A stretch of DNA of 60,787 nucleotides from Candidatus Saccharimonadia bacterium (GCA_035479295.1 DATIIV010000006.1:1-60787), one strand, 5' to 3'; shown: positions 44,174 to 53,339, counted from the stretch's first letter. Made by a program: numbers and translations. Notes: a model not told the origin generated them from the letters alone.

Positions 44174-45451
44174 ATGTTACGTAAAACGAAAAAGCTTAAA
44201 AACGAAACGTCCCTTGTATTAACGCGAGAGACCACCATTTTAAGCCACATTATCGGACTCCTGGCCGCCACGTTCCAGAGGTTGAAGACTCAGCCGCGCA
44301 ATAGTTTGGCCATTGGAATCCTTATTATCATCGTTTTCTTTGGACTAACGTCTGGTCATATGCCGTTTTCTCCCACCGCTAACGCCGATGCGCAGCGCAT
44401 GGTTTCGCTGTACGTTGACGGCGAGAAACGCGTCTTTGCCACCGACGATACTAATGTGCACAGTGTGCTCGATCACAGCGGCGTGCAATTGCAGACCGGC
44501 GACTTAGTGGAGCCCAGCCTCGACTCGACCGTGCCGCAGGGCTTCTTTAACATCAATGTGTACCGCTCGCGGCCGGTGCTGGTGCAAGATGGCCAGAACA
44601 CCTATCGCTTCTTAAGCGCTTACCAGAGCCCGCATCTGCTGGCTCAGGCGGCCGGCCTCACGCTCTACCCGGAGGATCAGTACGACATGGGTGTCATTAC
44701 CGACGTAGTGGGCAACGGTGCGGTCGGTGTTAAGGTTACGGTTAAACGGGCCACGCCGCTGACGATTCGGGTCGATGGCCAGGTTAAGTCGATTCGGACG
44801 CAGGCCACCACGGTGGGCGATGCGCTTAAGAGCGCCGGTGTCGCGCTGGGCCTTAAAGACACCGTGTCAGCGCCGCTGGACGCGCCAGTGGAGTGGAACA
44901 TGAGCGTTAGCGTAGCGCGCGTCACCGAGGTGGAGGCCAATATTACAGCGGCTATTCCGCACGCCACCCAGACGGTAACCGACCCAACCATGCTCAAGGG
45001 CCAGACCCAGGTGCGTACTCACGGCGTCGACGGCCAGCGCGTCGCGCTCTACCGCATTCATTACCAGGACGGCAACGAGACCGGTCGCGAGCTGCTGAAT
45101 GTAGTGAGTCAAACGGCGCCCGTCACCGAGGTTGATGTGGTTGGTACCAAAGTGGTCTTTGCCGGCTCGGTGGAGTACTGGCGGCCCATGGTCGAGGCGG
45201 CCGCCGCCCAGTGGAGTCTCGATCCCAACATGATGTTGCGGATCATGTCCTGCGAGTCCCACGGGAATGCCACCAGTGTCAGCCAGTTCATTATTAATGG
45301 CGAGCACCCCACCGGCCTCTTCCAGTATCTGCCGTCGACCTGGCGCTCCAGCGGTGGCACCAACGACAATATCTTTGATGGTGCCGCGCAGATCACCATC
45401 ACCGCTCGCAAGATGGCGACGCAGGGTACACGGGCTTGGCAGTGCCAATAG
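44174..45451 (+). CDS. RpfB-like cell-wall hydrolase (TM anchor, DUF348 repeats, G5 domain, C-terminal lytic-transglycosylase-like domain)
   Basis: 425 aa. Repeated V.L..DG......T....V...L...GV.L...D units. G5-like segment QTVTDPTMLKGQTQVRTHGVDGQR. C-terminus MSCESHGN...GLFQYLPSTW. TTGACG-17-TACCAT sits just upstream. Confidence 0.8.
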   Translation: MLRKTKKLKNETSLVLTRETTILSHIIGLLAATFQRLKTQPRNSLAIGILIIIVFFGLTSGHMPFSPTANADAQRMVSLYVDGEKRVFATDDTNVHSVLDHSGVQLQTGDLVEPSLDSTVPQGFFNINVYRSRPVLVQDGQNTYRFLSAYQSPHLLAQAAGLTLYPEDQYDMGVITDVVGNGAVGVKVTVKRATPLTIRVDGQVKSIRTQATTVGDALKSAGVALGLKDTVSAPLDAPVEWNMSVSVARVTEVEANITAAIPHATQTVTDPTMLKGQTQVRTHGVDGQRVALYRIHYQDGNETGRELLNVVSQTAPVTEVDVVGTKVVFAGSVEYWRPMVEAAAAQWSLDPNMMLRIMSCESHGNATSVSQFIINGEHPTGLFQYLPSTWRSSGGTNDNIFDGAAQITITARKMATQGTRAWQCQ

Positions 45452-45487
45452 TTCGTCGCTGATCTAGTAATTTTATTGTAAATATGC

Positions 45488-45493
45488 TATAAT
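45488..45493 (+). promoter_or_regulatory. extended -10 (TGcTATAAT) upstream of the lipoprotein gene
   Basis: aatATGCTATAATttg. GAAGGGGGAA SD before ATG 45545. Confidence 0.5.
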
Positions 45494-45544
45494 TTGCCAA
45501 CGAAGACGAATCGGTCTTAGCTCCAAGTTCCCGAAGGGGGAATC

Positions 45545-46213
45545 ATGTCACGCTCAGTGATGAGCTTGTTCGTGGCCTTAGTCGCGGCGCTGGCCCTGAC
45601 CGCTTGCGGTGGCGTGGGCGGCAGTCCGCAGCCCGGCCCGAGCACCACGATCACCAGCGCGCCGACGGTGGTGACTACCACGGCCGGTAGCATCGCGCCC
45701 TCGACGGCGGCCAGCGAGCTGCCGACGCCGGACCCCAGCGCCTGGGCGACTACCATCTCGACCCAGCCGCCCCGAGTGGTGCCCGGTGCCACGACGCCGC
45801 CCAACGGCGAGCCGATCCAGGGGGTGCTGCGCGGTATTCGTTGGGCTTCGGGCCCCGGCTACGAGCGGGTGGCCTTCACCTTCGATCGCGCGGCGCCGGC
45901 CTACACGGCTCGCTACCTCTCGACGATCGTGCGCGATTCGTCGAATCAGCCGGTGCAATTCGCCGGGGCGGCGCACCTTCAGATCCGGTTTCTCAGCGCT
46001 CACGCTTTCGACGCGGCCACCGGTCAGGAGACCGTCACCCAGGAGATCCAGCCGGTGACGGGCTCGGCCGTCCTCCGGGCCGTCGTCGTGAATGGCGACT
46101 TCGACGGCACGGTATCGGTCGCAGTGGACCTGAACGACGTGGTCGCTCTGCAGTGGGGCAGCCACATCAATGACCAGGGTCAGGGGGTCGTTTACATCGA
46201 CTTCAAGCAGTGA
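45545..46213 (+). CDS. lipoprotein, hypothetical
   Basis: 222 aa. Lipobox LALTAC, a Thr/Pro/Ser-rich linker, then a beta-rich domain. Confidence 0.75.
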   Translation: MSRSVMSLFVALVAALALTACGGVGGSPQPGPSTTITSAPTVVTTTAGSIAPSTAASELPTPDPSAWATTISTQPPRVVPGATTPPNGEPIQGVLRGIRWASGPGYERVAFTFDRAAPAYTARYLSTIVRDSSNQPVQFAGAAHLQIRFLSAHAFDAATGQETVTQEIQPVTGSAVLRAVVVNGDFDGTVSVAVDLNDVVALQWGSHINDQGQGVVYIDFKQ

Positions 46214-46283
46214 CCATGTCCCAAAAAAACCGGCGCGAGACTCGTTCTCGCGCCGGTTTTCCCGTATTAGCCTCAAACTCTGC

Positions 46284-46289
46284 TAAGAT
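46284..46289 (+). promoter_or_regulatory. extended -10 (TGcTAAGAT), 6 nt before the rsmA ATG (leaderless)
   Basis: cTGCTAAGATacccacATG. Confidence 0.5.
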
Positions 46290-46295
46290 ACCCAC

Positions 46296-47123
46296 ATGGA
46301 TTTATCGCGTGTCGAAGATGTGCGCACGGCGCTTAAGCTGGCCGGCATTCGTCCCAACAAGGGGCTGGGTCAGCATTTTTTGGTTGATAAAGCCAGTTTG
46401 CAGGCTATTATGGATGCGGCCGGCCCCGGCCCAAACGACACCGTGCTCGAGATCGGCCCTGGTCTCGGCGTGATGACCCGCCCGCTGACGCAGCAGGCCG
46501 GCCGGGTGGTGGCCGTGGAGACTGACCACATTCTGGCCGACCTGCTGCGCCGCGACGCCCCGGCCAATCTGGAGGTGGTCGAGCAAGATATTCTGCGCTA
46601 CGACCTGCGCCAGCTGCCTAGCGGTTACAAAGTTATCGCCAACATTCCTTATTATTTAACTAGCAAAATCTTTCGTCTGCTGCTCGAGAGCCCCAATCCG
46701 CCGAGCGTACTGAGCCTGCTGATCCAAAAAGAGGTGGCGCAGCGCATTACGGCTCGGCCCGGCAGCATGAGCATCTTGGCCCTGAGTGTGCAGTACTACG
46801 GCCGGGCCGAGCTGGTGCAGGTGGTAGAGCGCCACAAGTTTTGGCCGGCGCCCGAGGTGGATTCGGCGGTGGTGCGCGTGGCGCTAAGCGGGCCGGCCTT
46901 TCCGGCCGAGCCGAGCCGCCTGTTCCGGCTCATCAAGGCCGGCTTTGGCGAGAAGCGCAAGCAGCTCAAGAACGCGCTGGCCGGCGGCCTCAACTGCAGC
47001 GCCGACTGCGCCGTCGAGATCATTGCGGCGGCCGGCATCGCGCCGCTGGCCCGCGCCCAGGAGCTGGCGCTGCCCGAGTGGGATCGGCTCTATCAAGTGG
47101 CTATTGCTCGCGGCCTGATTTAG
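46296..47123 (+). CDS. rsmA: 16S rRNA (adenine1518/1519-N6)-dimethyltransferase
   Basis: KGLGQHFLVD, VLEIGPGLGVMT and ANIPYYLTS motifs. Confidence 0.93.
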   Translation: MDLSRVEDVRTALKLAGIRPNKGLGQHFLVDKASLQAIMDAAGPGPNDTVLEIGPGLGVMTRPLTQQAGRVVAVETDHILADLLRRDAPANLEVVEQDILRYDLRQLPSGYKVIANIPYYLTSKIFRLLLESPNPPSVLSLLIQKEVAQRITARPGSMSILALSVQYYGRAELVQVVERHKFWPAPEVDSAVVRVALSGPAFPAEPSRLFRLIKAGFGEKRKQLKNALAGGLNCSADCAVEIIAAAGIAPLARAQELALPEWDRLYQVAIARGLI

Positions 47124-47222
47124 TGCTTCAATAAACTCCAACTTTCATTCTTGCGCCCCGGCGCCCTCACGAAAGCCGCACCTTATCGGCCCAATCTGAC
47201 GAGTACGAGTAGGGGTACCGCT

Positions 47223-47654
47223 ATGACCATGCCATTCGGAGAGAACACCTGGACAGAGCAGCAGCGGAACGATGCGCTCTGGCTCGACCCATTGCTACTC
47301 GATGACGCGCTTGAGGCGACCGAAGCCGCGCTTCGAGTCGGTGTCACCGTCGAAGCCCTGTGGAGCCTGGTGCGTGATCGGCAGTTGCTGTGCATTGTGT
47401 GCGACAACCAGGTGTTCTTTCCGGGCTTTCAGTTCACGGAGCACGGCGTTGTGCCGCACCTGCGCGAGATCCTGCCGCAGTTACCCTTCACCTGGGGGCT
47501 GTGCGGCTTGATCGAGTTTCTGACGATCAGGCCCATGGTCCTGCTCCACGAGTCCGACCCCGTCAGCCTGCCGGTCATCGAGTGGCTGCGGCTCGGCGCC
47601 CGCCCGCAGCAGGTGCTGGACTTCCTGCGGCGCAGCAGCGAGGAGGTGGCTTGA
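47223..47654 (+). CDS. hypothetical protein, possible HTH plus DUF2384-like antitoxin-type protein
   Basis: Track ORF 47151..47654 (TTG). ATG 47223 preferred. VTVEALWSLVRDRQLLCI looks HTH-like. The C-terminus SDPVSLPVIEWLRLGARPQQVLDFLRR resembles the Xre/MbcA/ParS toxin-binding domain pattern. Weak. Confidence 0.55.
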   Translation: MTMPFGENTWTEQQRNDALWLDPLLLDDALEATEAALRVGVTVEALWSLVRDRQLLCIVCDNQVFFPGFQFTEHGVVPHLREILPQLPFTWGLCGLIEFLTIRPMVLLHESDPVSLPVIEWLRLGARPQQVLDFLRRSSEEVA

Positions 47655-47667
47655 GCTTCCCTGCCTA

Positions 47668-47700
47668 ACTACCCGGTTCCTCTTGACGGAGCCGGGTAGT
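47668..47700 (+). terminator. hairpin after the 47223 gene
   Basis: ACTACCCGG-ttcctcttgacggag-CCGGGTAGT. Confidence 0.5.
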
Positions 47701-47828
47701 GTCATGTTTGCGTGCTGTCTAATATCGTGGGCCCACACGCGTAACTTTTTGGAGGCCTGGCAGGCCGGCGAAGTCAAGCTGCCGTAAGCGGGGTGAGTCT
47801 GAGATTGGTCATATCGTTCAGCCAACTA

Positions 47829-47879
47829 GTTGTATAATACAACCTCTATCACGGGAGCGAACTGGTTGTATTATACAAC
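47829..47879. promoter_or_regulatory. pair of 15-bp palindromes GTTGTATAATACAAC / GTTGTATTATACAAC, 36 bp apart
   Basis: 47829-47843 and 47865-47879 are exact reverse complements of each other. Each is a near-perfect palindrome and contains TATAAT. They lie about 100-150 nt upstream of metG. Confidence 0.5.
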
Positions 47880-47981
47880 CACTGGCGAGATCGACAGGCC
47901 GGAGCGCCCCAACCACCCAACCCTAAGCTTGGCCCAAACCAGCCACTCATGATACCATGGCCAGGTTAGGAATCGCATATC

Positions 47982-49436
47982 ATGGCCAAATTTTACGTTA
48001 CCACCCCCATTTATTACATCAACGATAAGCCGCACATTGGCCACGCGTACGCCACCTTTGCGGCCGACGTGTTGGCGCGCTACCATCGCCAAAAGGGCGA
48101 CCAAGTGCTGTTTTCGGCCGGCGTCGATGAGAACTCGCAGAAGACGGTGCAGTCGGCCGAGGCGGCGGGCCAAGACATAACTGCCTACACTAAGGCCATG
48201 TCGGACCTGTGGCAATCGACTTGGAAGCAGGCCGAGGTTAGCAATGATGCCTTTATTCGCACCACCAGCCCTGAGCACAAGGCGGCCGTGTACGAGGTAA
48301 TTAAGCGCGTCCAAGCCAAGGGCGATATTTACAAAGGCACCTACGAGGGCCACTACTGTGTGGGCTGCGAGGAATTTAAAAAAGAGGATGAGCTGCTCGA
48401 GGGCGGTCTCTGCCCCATCCACAAAAAGCCGGCCGAGCTCATCAAGGAGGACAACTACTTCTTTAAACTCAGCGCTTACCAGCAGCCGCTGCTCGACTAT
48501 ATTGAGGCGCACCCGGAGTTCATTCAGCCCGAATCGCGGCGCAATGAGTGGGTGAGCTTTATTAAGAGCGGCCTGCGCGACTTCTCGGTGTCGCGGTCGA
48601 CGCAAAAGTGGGGCATTCCCTGGCCGGATGACAAGAACCAGGTGGTATACGTGTGGTTCGACGCGCTGGTGAATTACTTGACGGCGACCGGTTTCCCCAA
48701 GGCCGGCTACGAGACCAATTGGCCGGCCGACGTTCACGTGGTGGGCAAGGATATTGTGAAGTTCCACGGCGTGTACTGGCCGGCCATGCTGATGAGCGCC
48801 GGTCTGCCGCTACCCAAGATGGTCTTTGGCCATGGCTTCTTTACCATCGACGGCGAGAAGGTCAGCAAGTCGCTCGGCAACGCCATCGACCCGGTGGAGC
48901 TGGCCGGCAGCTACGGCATCGATGCCTTGCGCTACTATTTGCTCAGCGAGATTCCGTTTGGTGGCGACGGTGAGTTTAATCGCGTTCGGTTTGAGGCGGT
49001 CTACAACGCCGATCTGGCCAACGACCTGGGCAATCTGGTGCAGCGCGTGGCGGTGATGATCTCGCGCTACATGGATGGCAACATCGGTGAGCTGCCGCCG
49101 CACTCGCACGACATCACGCCGTACGAGTCGGCCATGGCCGAGCTGCGTTTCGACAAGGCACTGGCCGAGGTCTGGCTGCTGATTCGCGGCCTCAACCAGT
49201 ATCTCGAGGAAGAGAAGCCCTGGCAGCTGGCCAAGACCGACACGGCTCAGCTGGCCGAGGTGCTGCATCACGCTGTTAGCGACCTGGTGCAGATCGCCAC
49301 GCTGCTCATGCCATTTATGCCCAGCACCGCTCAGCGCATCGCGGCTACTTTCGCGGCCGGCCAGGTCCACTCCGAGGTAGGGCTGCTCTTCCCCAAGGCC
49401 GATACGATCGAGCGGACCAATATCGAGCTTAAGTAG
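47982..49436 (+). CDS. metG: methionine--tRNA ligase (short form)
   Basis: YYINDKPHIGHAY (HIGH), one CxxC...CPIH knuckle, and VSKSLGN (KMSKS). 484 aa with no C-terminal tRNA-binding extension. Confidence 0.93.
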   Translation: MAKFYVTTPIYYINDKPHIGHAYATFAADVLARYHRQKGDQVLFSAGVDENSQKTVQSAEAAGQDITAYTKAMSDLWQSTWKQAEVSNDAFIRTTSPEHKAAVYEVIKRVQAKGDIYKGTYEGHYCVGCEEFKKEDELLEGGLCPIHKKPAELIKEDNYFFKLSAYQQPLLDYIEAHPEFIQPESRRNEWVSFIKSGLRDFSVSRSTQKWGIPWPDDKNQVVYVWFDALVNYLTATGFPKAGYETNWPADVHVVGKDIVKFHGVYWPAMLMSAGLPLPKMVFGHGFFTIDGEKVSKSLGNAIDPVELAGSYGIDALRYYLLSEIPFGGDGEFNRVRFEAVYNADLANDLGNLVQRVAVMISRYMDGNIGELPPHSHDITPYESAMAELRFDKALAEVWLLIRGLNQYLEEEKPWQLAKTDTAQLAEVLHHAVSDLVQIATLLMPFMPSTAQRIAATFAAGQVHSEVGLLFPKADTIERTNIELK

Positions 49437-49445
49437 GAGGCGCTC

Positions 49446-49907
49446 ATGCCCGACCAACGAGACTGTCAGGTCTGTGACGTTATTCAGGACGACCCACGTC
49501 GGCTCTTGACCACCGAGCATTGGTTGATCTCGCTGGCGGTTGATCAGGGCTACCTCGGTCGGGCGTGGGTGACACTGCGCCAGCATAAAGGCGATTTGGC
49601 CGAGCTAGCGCCGGTCGAATGGACCGAGCTGCACGAGGTGATTCGCCGTTACGAGGCGGCGGTGCGGGCGGCCTTTGGTGCCCAGCTCTTTAACTGGAGC
49701 TGCCTCATGAACGACGCCTTTAAGGCGACCCATCCGGCGCCCCACGTGCACTGGCATGTACGCCCGCGCTACGATCGGCCGGTACAGGTGGAGGGGGTTG
49801 AGTTTGCTGATCCGAACTTCGCCCACCACTATGATCGCCAGTATATTCGGCCGGTCGACGAGGCGATGCAGCAGGCCATTATGAGGCAGATAAAAACCCA
49901 CCTGTAG
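49446..49907 (+). CDS. HIT family protein
   Basis: AGGAGG SD. Histidine triad HVHWHVRPRY. Confidence 0.8.
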   Translation: MPDQRDCQVCDVIQDDPRRLLTTEHWLISLAVDQGYLGRAWVTLRQHKGDLAELAPVEWTELHEVIRRYEAAVRAAFGAQLFNWSCLMNDAFKATHPAPHVHWHVRPRYDRPVQVEGVEFADPNFAHHYDRQYIRPVDEAMQQAIMRQIKTHL

Positions 49908-50017
49908 ACTACTAACGACATGTTAGATGCAGTACTAGGGCGCGCTCACGACGCCCCAGTAGGCGTTCGGCCCCGTTGCGCGAGACAACGGGGCCGAGAT
50001 TCGAGCTTTCTTGTGCT

Positions 50018-50539
50018 CTAGGGAGCGGATAGTGCCAACAGTTGCTCGAGCTGCTGAGCTGTCTCCGCGTCGTTGACGACGCAAGTGACATCCCGGAGAA
50101 GGCGTGGTCGACTGTAGTGGGTGAACTCACGCAGAGCCACTACGGTCTCAAAGGCCGCCGTTCCGGTTGGCTCCTCGCGCAACCCGGCCTGCTCTCCGGT
50201 CCGCAACAATGGGAGCCGTAGCATCCCAAGATGCTGTTCCTCGGCTTCCTTGAGGGCTGTGGCTACAGTCTTGCGGAGTGGCTGTGCTAGATCATCGATC
50301 ACAAAGATCACGTCGCCGACGGGCAGGTCCAGCTCGGGCTTGTGGACCAGGTGAATGGCTCGGCAGCGCGATGGCATTACCGCTCGACACAGGGTGAGCT
50401 TGTCGTGGTAGTAGCTACCAGCTACTTCTCGAAGTGCTCTGTTGAGGTGATCATCGTTGTCGCCTTTCGGCTTGACCGGGATGACTACCGCGCTGCCGGC
50501 AAACTTCATGATATCACCCTCGGCTACGGTGATGTCCAT
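50018..50539 (-). CDS. hypothetical protein (possibly macro-like fold)
   Basis: Track ORF 50018..50608, trimmed to MDITVAEGDI (50539) with GAGAGG 8 nt upstream. ITVAEGDI...AVVIPV is only faintly macro-domain-like. Confidence 0.55.
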   Translation of the reverse strand: MDITVAEGDIMKFAGSAVVIPVKPKGDNDDHLNRALREVAGSYYHDKLTLCRAVMPSRCRAIHLVHKPELDLPVGDVIFVIDDLAQPLRKTVATALKEAEEQHLGMLRLPLLRTGEQAGLREEPTGTAAFETVVALREFTHYSRPRLLRDVTCVVNDAETAQQLEQLLALSAP

Positions 50540-50616
50540 GTGGCGCCTCTCGTTCGTTGGGGTCACTCCACGGCTTGATACTATATAATAGTCCAGCGAA
50601 GAGCACAAACCTAAGG

Positions 50617-50622
50617 TAGAAT
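50617..50622 (+). promoter_or_regulatory. -10 box TAGAAT, 6 nt before the tatD ATG (leaderless)
   Basis: ggTAGAATaatcatATG. Confidence 0.5.
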
Positions 50623-50628
50623 AATCAT

Positions 50629-51384
50629 ATGTTAATCGACACCCACGCCCATATCCACTTTGACGAATATCGCGACGAGCTCGACGCGGTGCTAGAGCGT
50701 GCTCACGCGGTCGGCGTTGATAAGCTTCTGTGCGTCGGCGTGGACGAGCAGGACTCGGGCCAGGCGGTAGCGGTGGCGCGCGCCTACGACAATGTTTGGG
50801 CTACCGTCGGCCTGCACCCGCACGAGGCCGACCGCGGCTACGAGGCGCTCGAGGAAGTGGCGCGGCTGGCCGAGCTCGACAAAGTGGTGGGTATCGGCGA
50901 GTGCGGCCTGGATTATTACAAGAGTGAGACCTCGCGCGAGGACCAGGAGCGGGCGCTGCGGTTCCAGCTTGAGCTGGGCCTGGAGCGTGACCTGGCTATG
51001 GTCTTTCATGTGCGCGACGCTTTTGACGATTTTTTCCGGATCATTGATGAGTATGAGAACGTGCGCGGGGTAGTGCACTGCTTTACGGCCGGCACCGAGG
51101 AGATGCGTCAGGTGGTTAAGCGGGGGCTGTACATTGCGCTCAACGGCATTATGACCTTTAGCAAAGACGCCCGGCAGTTGGCGGCGGCGCGCGAGGTGCC
51201 GCTGGATCATTTGGTGCTCGAGACCGATTGCCCGTTTTTAACGCCGGTGCCGCATCGGGGCCAGCGCAACGAGCCGGCCTATACCGCGCTGACGGCTAAG
51301 TTTTTGGCCGAGCTGCGGGGTGAGCCGCTGGAGGATGTGGCGGCCGCTACCACGCGCAATGCGGAGGCGTTATTTCGGATTTAA
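50629..51384 (+). CDS. tatD: TatD family metal-dependent DNase/hydrolase
   Basis: IDTHAHI, GECGLDY, VFHVRDA, VHCF and LETDCPFL motifs. Confidence 0.92.
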   Translation: MLIDTHAHIHFDEYRDELDAVLERAHAVGVDKLLCVGVDEQDSGQAVAVARAYDNVWATVGLHPHEADRGYEALEEVARLAELDKVVGIGECGLDYYKSETSREDQERALRFQLELGLERDLAMVFHVRDAFDDFFRIIDEYENVRGVVHCFTAGTEEMRQVVKRGLYIALNGIMTFSKDARQLAAAREVPLDHLVLETDCPFLTPVPHRGQRNEPAYTALTAKFLAELRGEPLEDVAAATTRNAEALFRI

Positions 51385-51403
51385 TCCTGAGATTTTAGGC
51401 AAT

Positions 51404-51465
51404 AAAAAAGCCCCATGATGGGGTAGGGATCCCGGAGGGGCCCGCTCGTGGTGAGCGGGCCCCTC
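51404..51465. terminator. bidirectional terminator region between convergent genes
   Basis: AAAAAAGCCCCATGATGGGG reads as hairpin plus U-run on the minus strand. It is followed by the perfect 13-bp hairpin GAGGGGCCCGCTC-gtggt-GAGCGGGCCCCTC (51435-51465). Confidence 0.6.
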
Positions 51466-51498
51466 GCGGGGTTGGGACGTTAGTCCCGAGGTGAACCT

Positions 51499-51912
51499 TC
51501 AGCCCTGGACGGGCTGGGCGGTCCGAGACGCGCCGCTGCTGCAGATGACGCTGGTCTTGGTCATGTTGACCAGAACCAGGCCATCGTTGTGGAACAGCAG
51601 TTCCACCCGGTGCTCCGGGTGGAGCCGGTCCAGGCCCGCGAAGGCCCAGACGTTGTGCTCGTAGCTGACCGGCAAAGCGGTGTCGATGAGCACGTTGAGA
51701 CCGACGGTGAAGTCGTTCCCGAGCTCGTCGCGGTACTTTGCCTGGACAGTCACCACGAGGCGGTTGGCCGGGTCCGACTCCAGCAGGCTGGCGGCGAACG
51801 CCTCCAGGATCTCCTGCGGGGAGTTGTGGGACGAGCTGACGATAGCCTCGTCCTGGAAGTCCCAGCTCGACCGTTCGATCACGGCGATCCGGGTGGCGGT
51901 CAGGTTGTTCAT
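51499..51912 (-). CDS. hypothetical protein (137 aa)
   Basis: Strong AAGGAGAA SD 5 nt before the ATG. No recognisable motif. Confidence 0.65.
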   Translation of the reverse strand: MNNLTATRIAVIERSSWDFQDEAIVSSSHNSPQEILEAFAASLLESDPANRLVVTVQAKYRDELGNDFTVGLNVLIDTALPVSYEHNVWAFAGLDRLHPEHRVELLFHNDGLVLVNMTKTSVICSSGASRTAQPVQG

Positions 51913-52107
51913 GGCGTTTCTCCTTTTTCTTTCTCCACCCGGATTGGGCAGAGACGACCGGTGTGCTGCCTAGTCGTTCCAAAGAAAAGAAAAATTCAAA
52001 TATGCCATATGGTGCGGTAGTGCCGTGAAAATGCAGATGCAAGATGCTATGCGGTAAAGCATGGCAGCACGATCACAATTATACTTCCATTGCATGCTTT
52101 TGTCAAT

Positions 52108-52113
52108 TATAAT
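52108..52113 (+). promoter_or_regulatory. -10 box TATAAT, 6 nt before ATG 52120 (leaderless)
   Basis: caatTATAATaaggctATG. Confidence 0.5.
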
Positions 52114-52119
52114 AAGGCT

Positions 52120-53313
52120 ATGAAGGCAATGTATCTTGATTATGCGGCCGCGACGCCGCTCGATCCGCTGGTGTTGGCGGCTATGCAGCCGTATTTGGCG
52201 GCCGAGTTTGCTAATCCGTCGAGCTTGTATGGGGCGGCCAGGCAGACACGGCGGGCAGTGGAGGCGGCGCGGCAGGCCGTGGCTGGGTTATTGGGGGCTA
52301 AGCCGACCGAGATTGTCTGGACCAGTGGCGGCACTGAGGGCGATAACCTGGCGGTGCAAGGCGTGCTGCGAGCAGCGGGTGAGGTCGGGAAGCCGGCTCA
52401 CTGGGTGACAACGGCGATTGAGCACGATGCGGTGCTGGCCCAGATAGTACCGCTGCGGCGGGCTGGCCACAAGGCTACAGTGGTGCCGGTGCGGCCCAAC
52501 GGCATCGTGGAGGTGGCGGCGATCGAGGCGGCTATCACCGACGAGACGGTGCTGGTGAGCGTGATGCTGGCCAATAACGAGATCGGCACGATTCAGCCGG
52601 TGGCTGAGGTGGCCAAGCTGGTGGCGCGGGTGCGGGCCGAGCGAGCGGCACGGGGGTGGGCGCGGCCGCTTTATTTGCATACCGATGCCACACAGGCACC
52701 GAATTATCTGGACTTGCATGTGGCGCGGCTGGGGGCGGATCTGCTGACGTTGAATGGCTCGAAGATTTATGGGCCCAAGGGCGTGGGTGCGCTGTATGTG
52801 CGTCAAGGCACGCCGCTGGAGCCGCTGCTGTACGGTGGCGGCCAGGAGCGGGGGCGGCGCAGCGGCACCGAGAACGTGGCCGGTGTGGTGGGGCTGGCGG
52901 CGGCGCTGCAGCAGGCTCAGCTGGTGCGGGAGGCCGAGCGCCGCCGCCTAACCGCTCTGCGCGATGCCGTGCTGCATAGCCTACTGGCGGCCGTACCGGG
53001 CGCCCGTCTCAACGGCGACGCCAAGCGCCGGCTGCCCAACAACCTCAACCTGACCATCCCCGGCGCGGCGGGCGAGGCGCTGGTGCTGTACCTGGATCAG
53101 GCCGGCTTTCAGGCCTCGACCGGCTCGGCTTGCTCAACCGGCGACCTCGATCCGTCGCACGTGCTGCTAGCCCTGGGGCGCACGCCGGGCGAGGCCAACA
53201 GCTCTCTGCGCCTGACGCTCGGCCGCGCCACCACTGCCGCCGACCTGGATCGGCTGGTGGCTGAACTGCCACCGATTGTAGCGCGGCTGCGGCAGCTCGG
53301 CGCCGACGCTTAA
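52120..53313 (+). CDS. cysteine desulfurase (NifS/IscS class V aminotransferase)
   Basis: Track ORF 52090 (TTG), trimmed to MKAMYLDYAATTPLD-like N-terminus. Motifs TSGGTEGDN, LNGSKIYGPKG (PLP Lys), RSGTENV and GSACSTG (active-site Cys). Confidence 0.9.
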   Translation: MKAMYLDYAAATPLDPLVLAAMQPYLAAEFANPSSLYGAARQTRRAVEAARQAVAGLLGAKPTEIVWTSGGTEGDNLAVQGVLRAAGEVGKPAHWVTTAIEHDAVLAQIVPLRRAGHKATVVPVRPNGIVEVAAIEAAITDETVLVSVMLANNEIGTIQPVAEVAKLVARVRAERAARGWARPLYLHTDATQAPNYLDLHVARLGADLLTLNGSKIYGPKGVGALYVRQGTPLEPLLYGGGQERGRRSGTENVAGVVGLAAALQQAQLVREAERRRLTALRDAVLHSLLAAVPGARLNGDAKRRLPNNLNLTIPGAAGEALVLYLDQAGFQASTGSACSTGDLDPSHVLLALGRTPGEANSSLRLTLGRATTAADLDRLVAELPPIVARLRQLGADA

Positions 53314-53339
53314 CCGCGCTTGCCACTCACCAGAGCTGC

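Noticed and set aside
47781-47815. A TPP-riboswitch-like GGGGTGAG..CTGAGA motif upstream of metG.
   Set aside because: The rest of the THI-box is missing (ACCC..GAACCTGATC.GG.TAAT.CC.GCG.AGGGA), and the gene context (metG) does not fit.
45578-49586. Minus-strand ORFs 45578..46276, 47871..48767 and 48810..49586 opposite the lipoprotein gene, metG and the HIT gene.
   Set aside because: They are antisense to genes with unambiguous motifs (lipobox, HIGH/KMSKS, HIT). They have no SD or promoter signals, and their composition is typical of GC-rich shadow frames.
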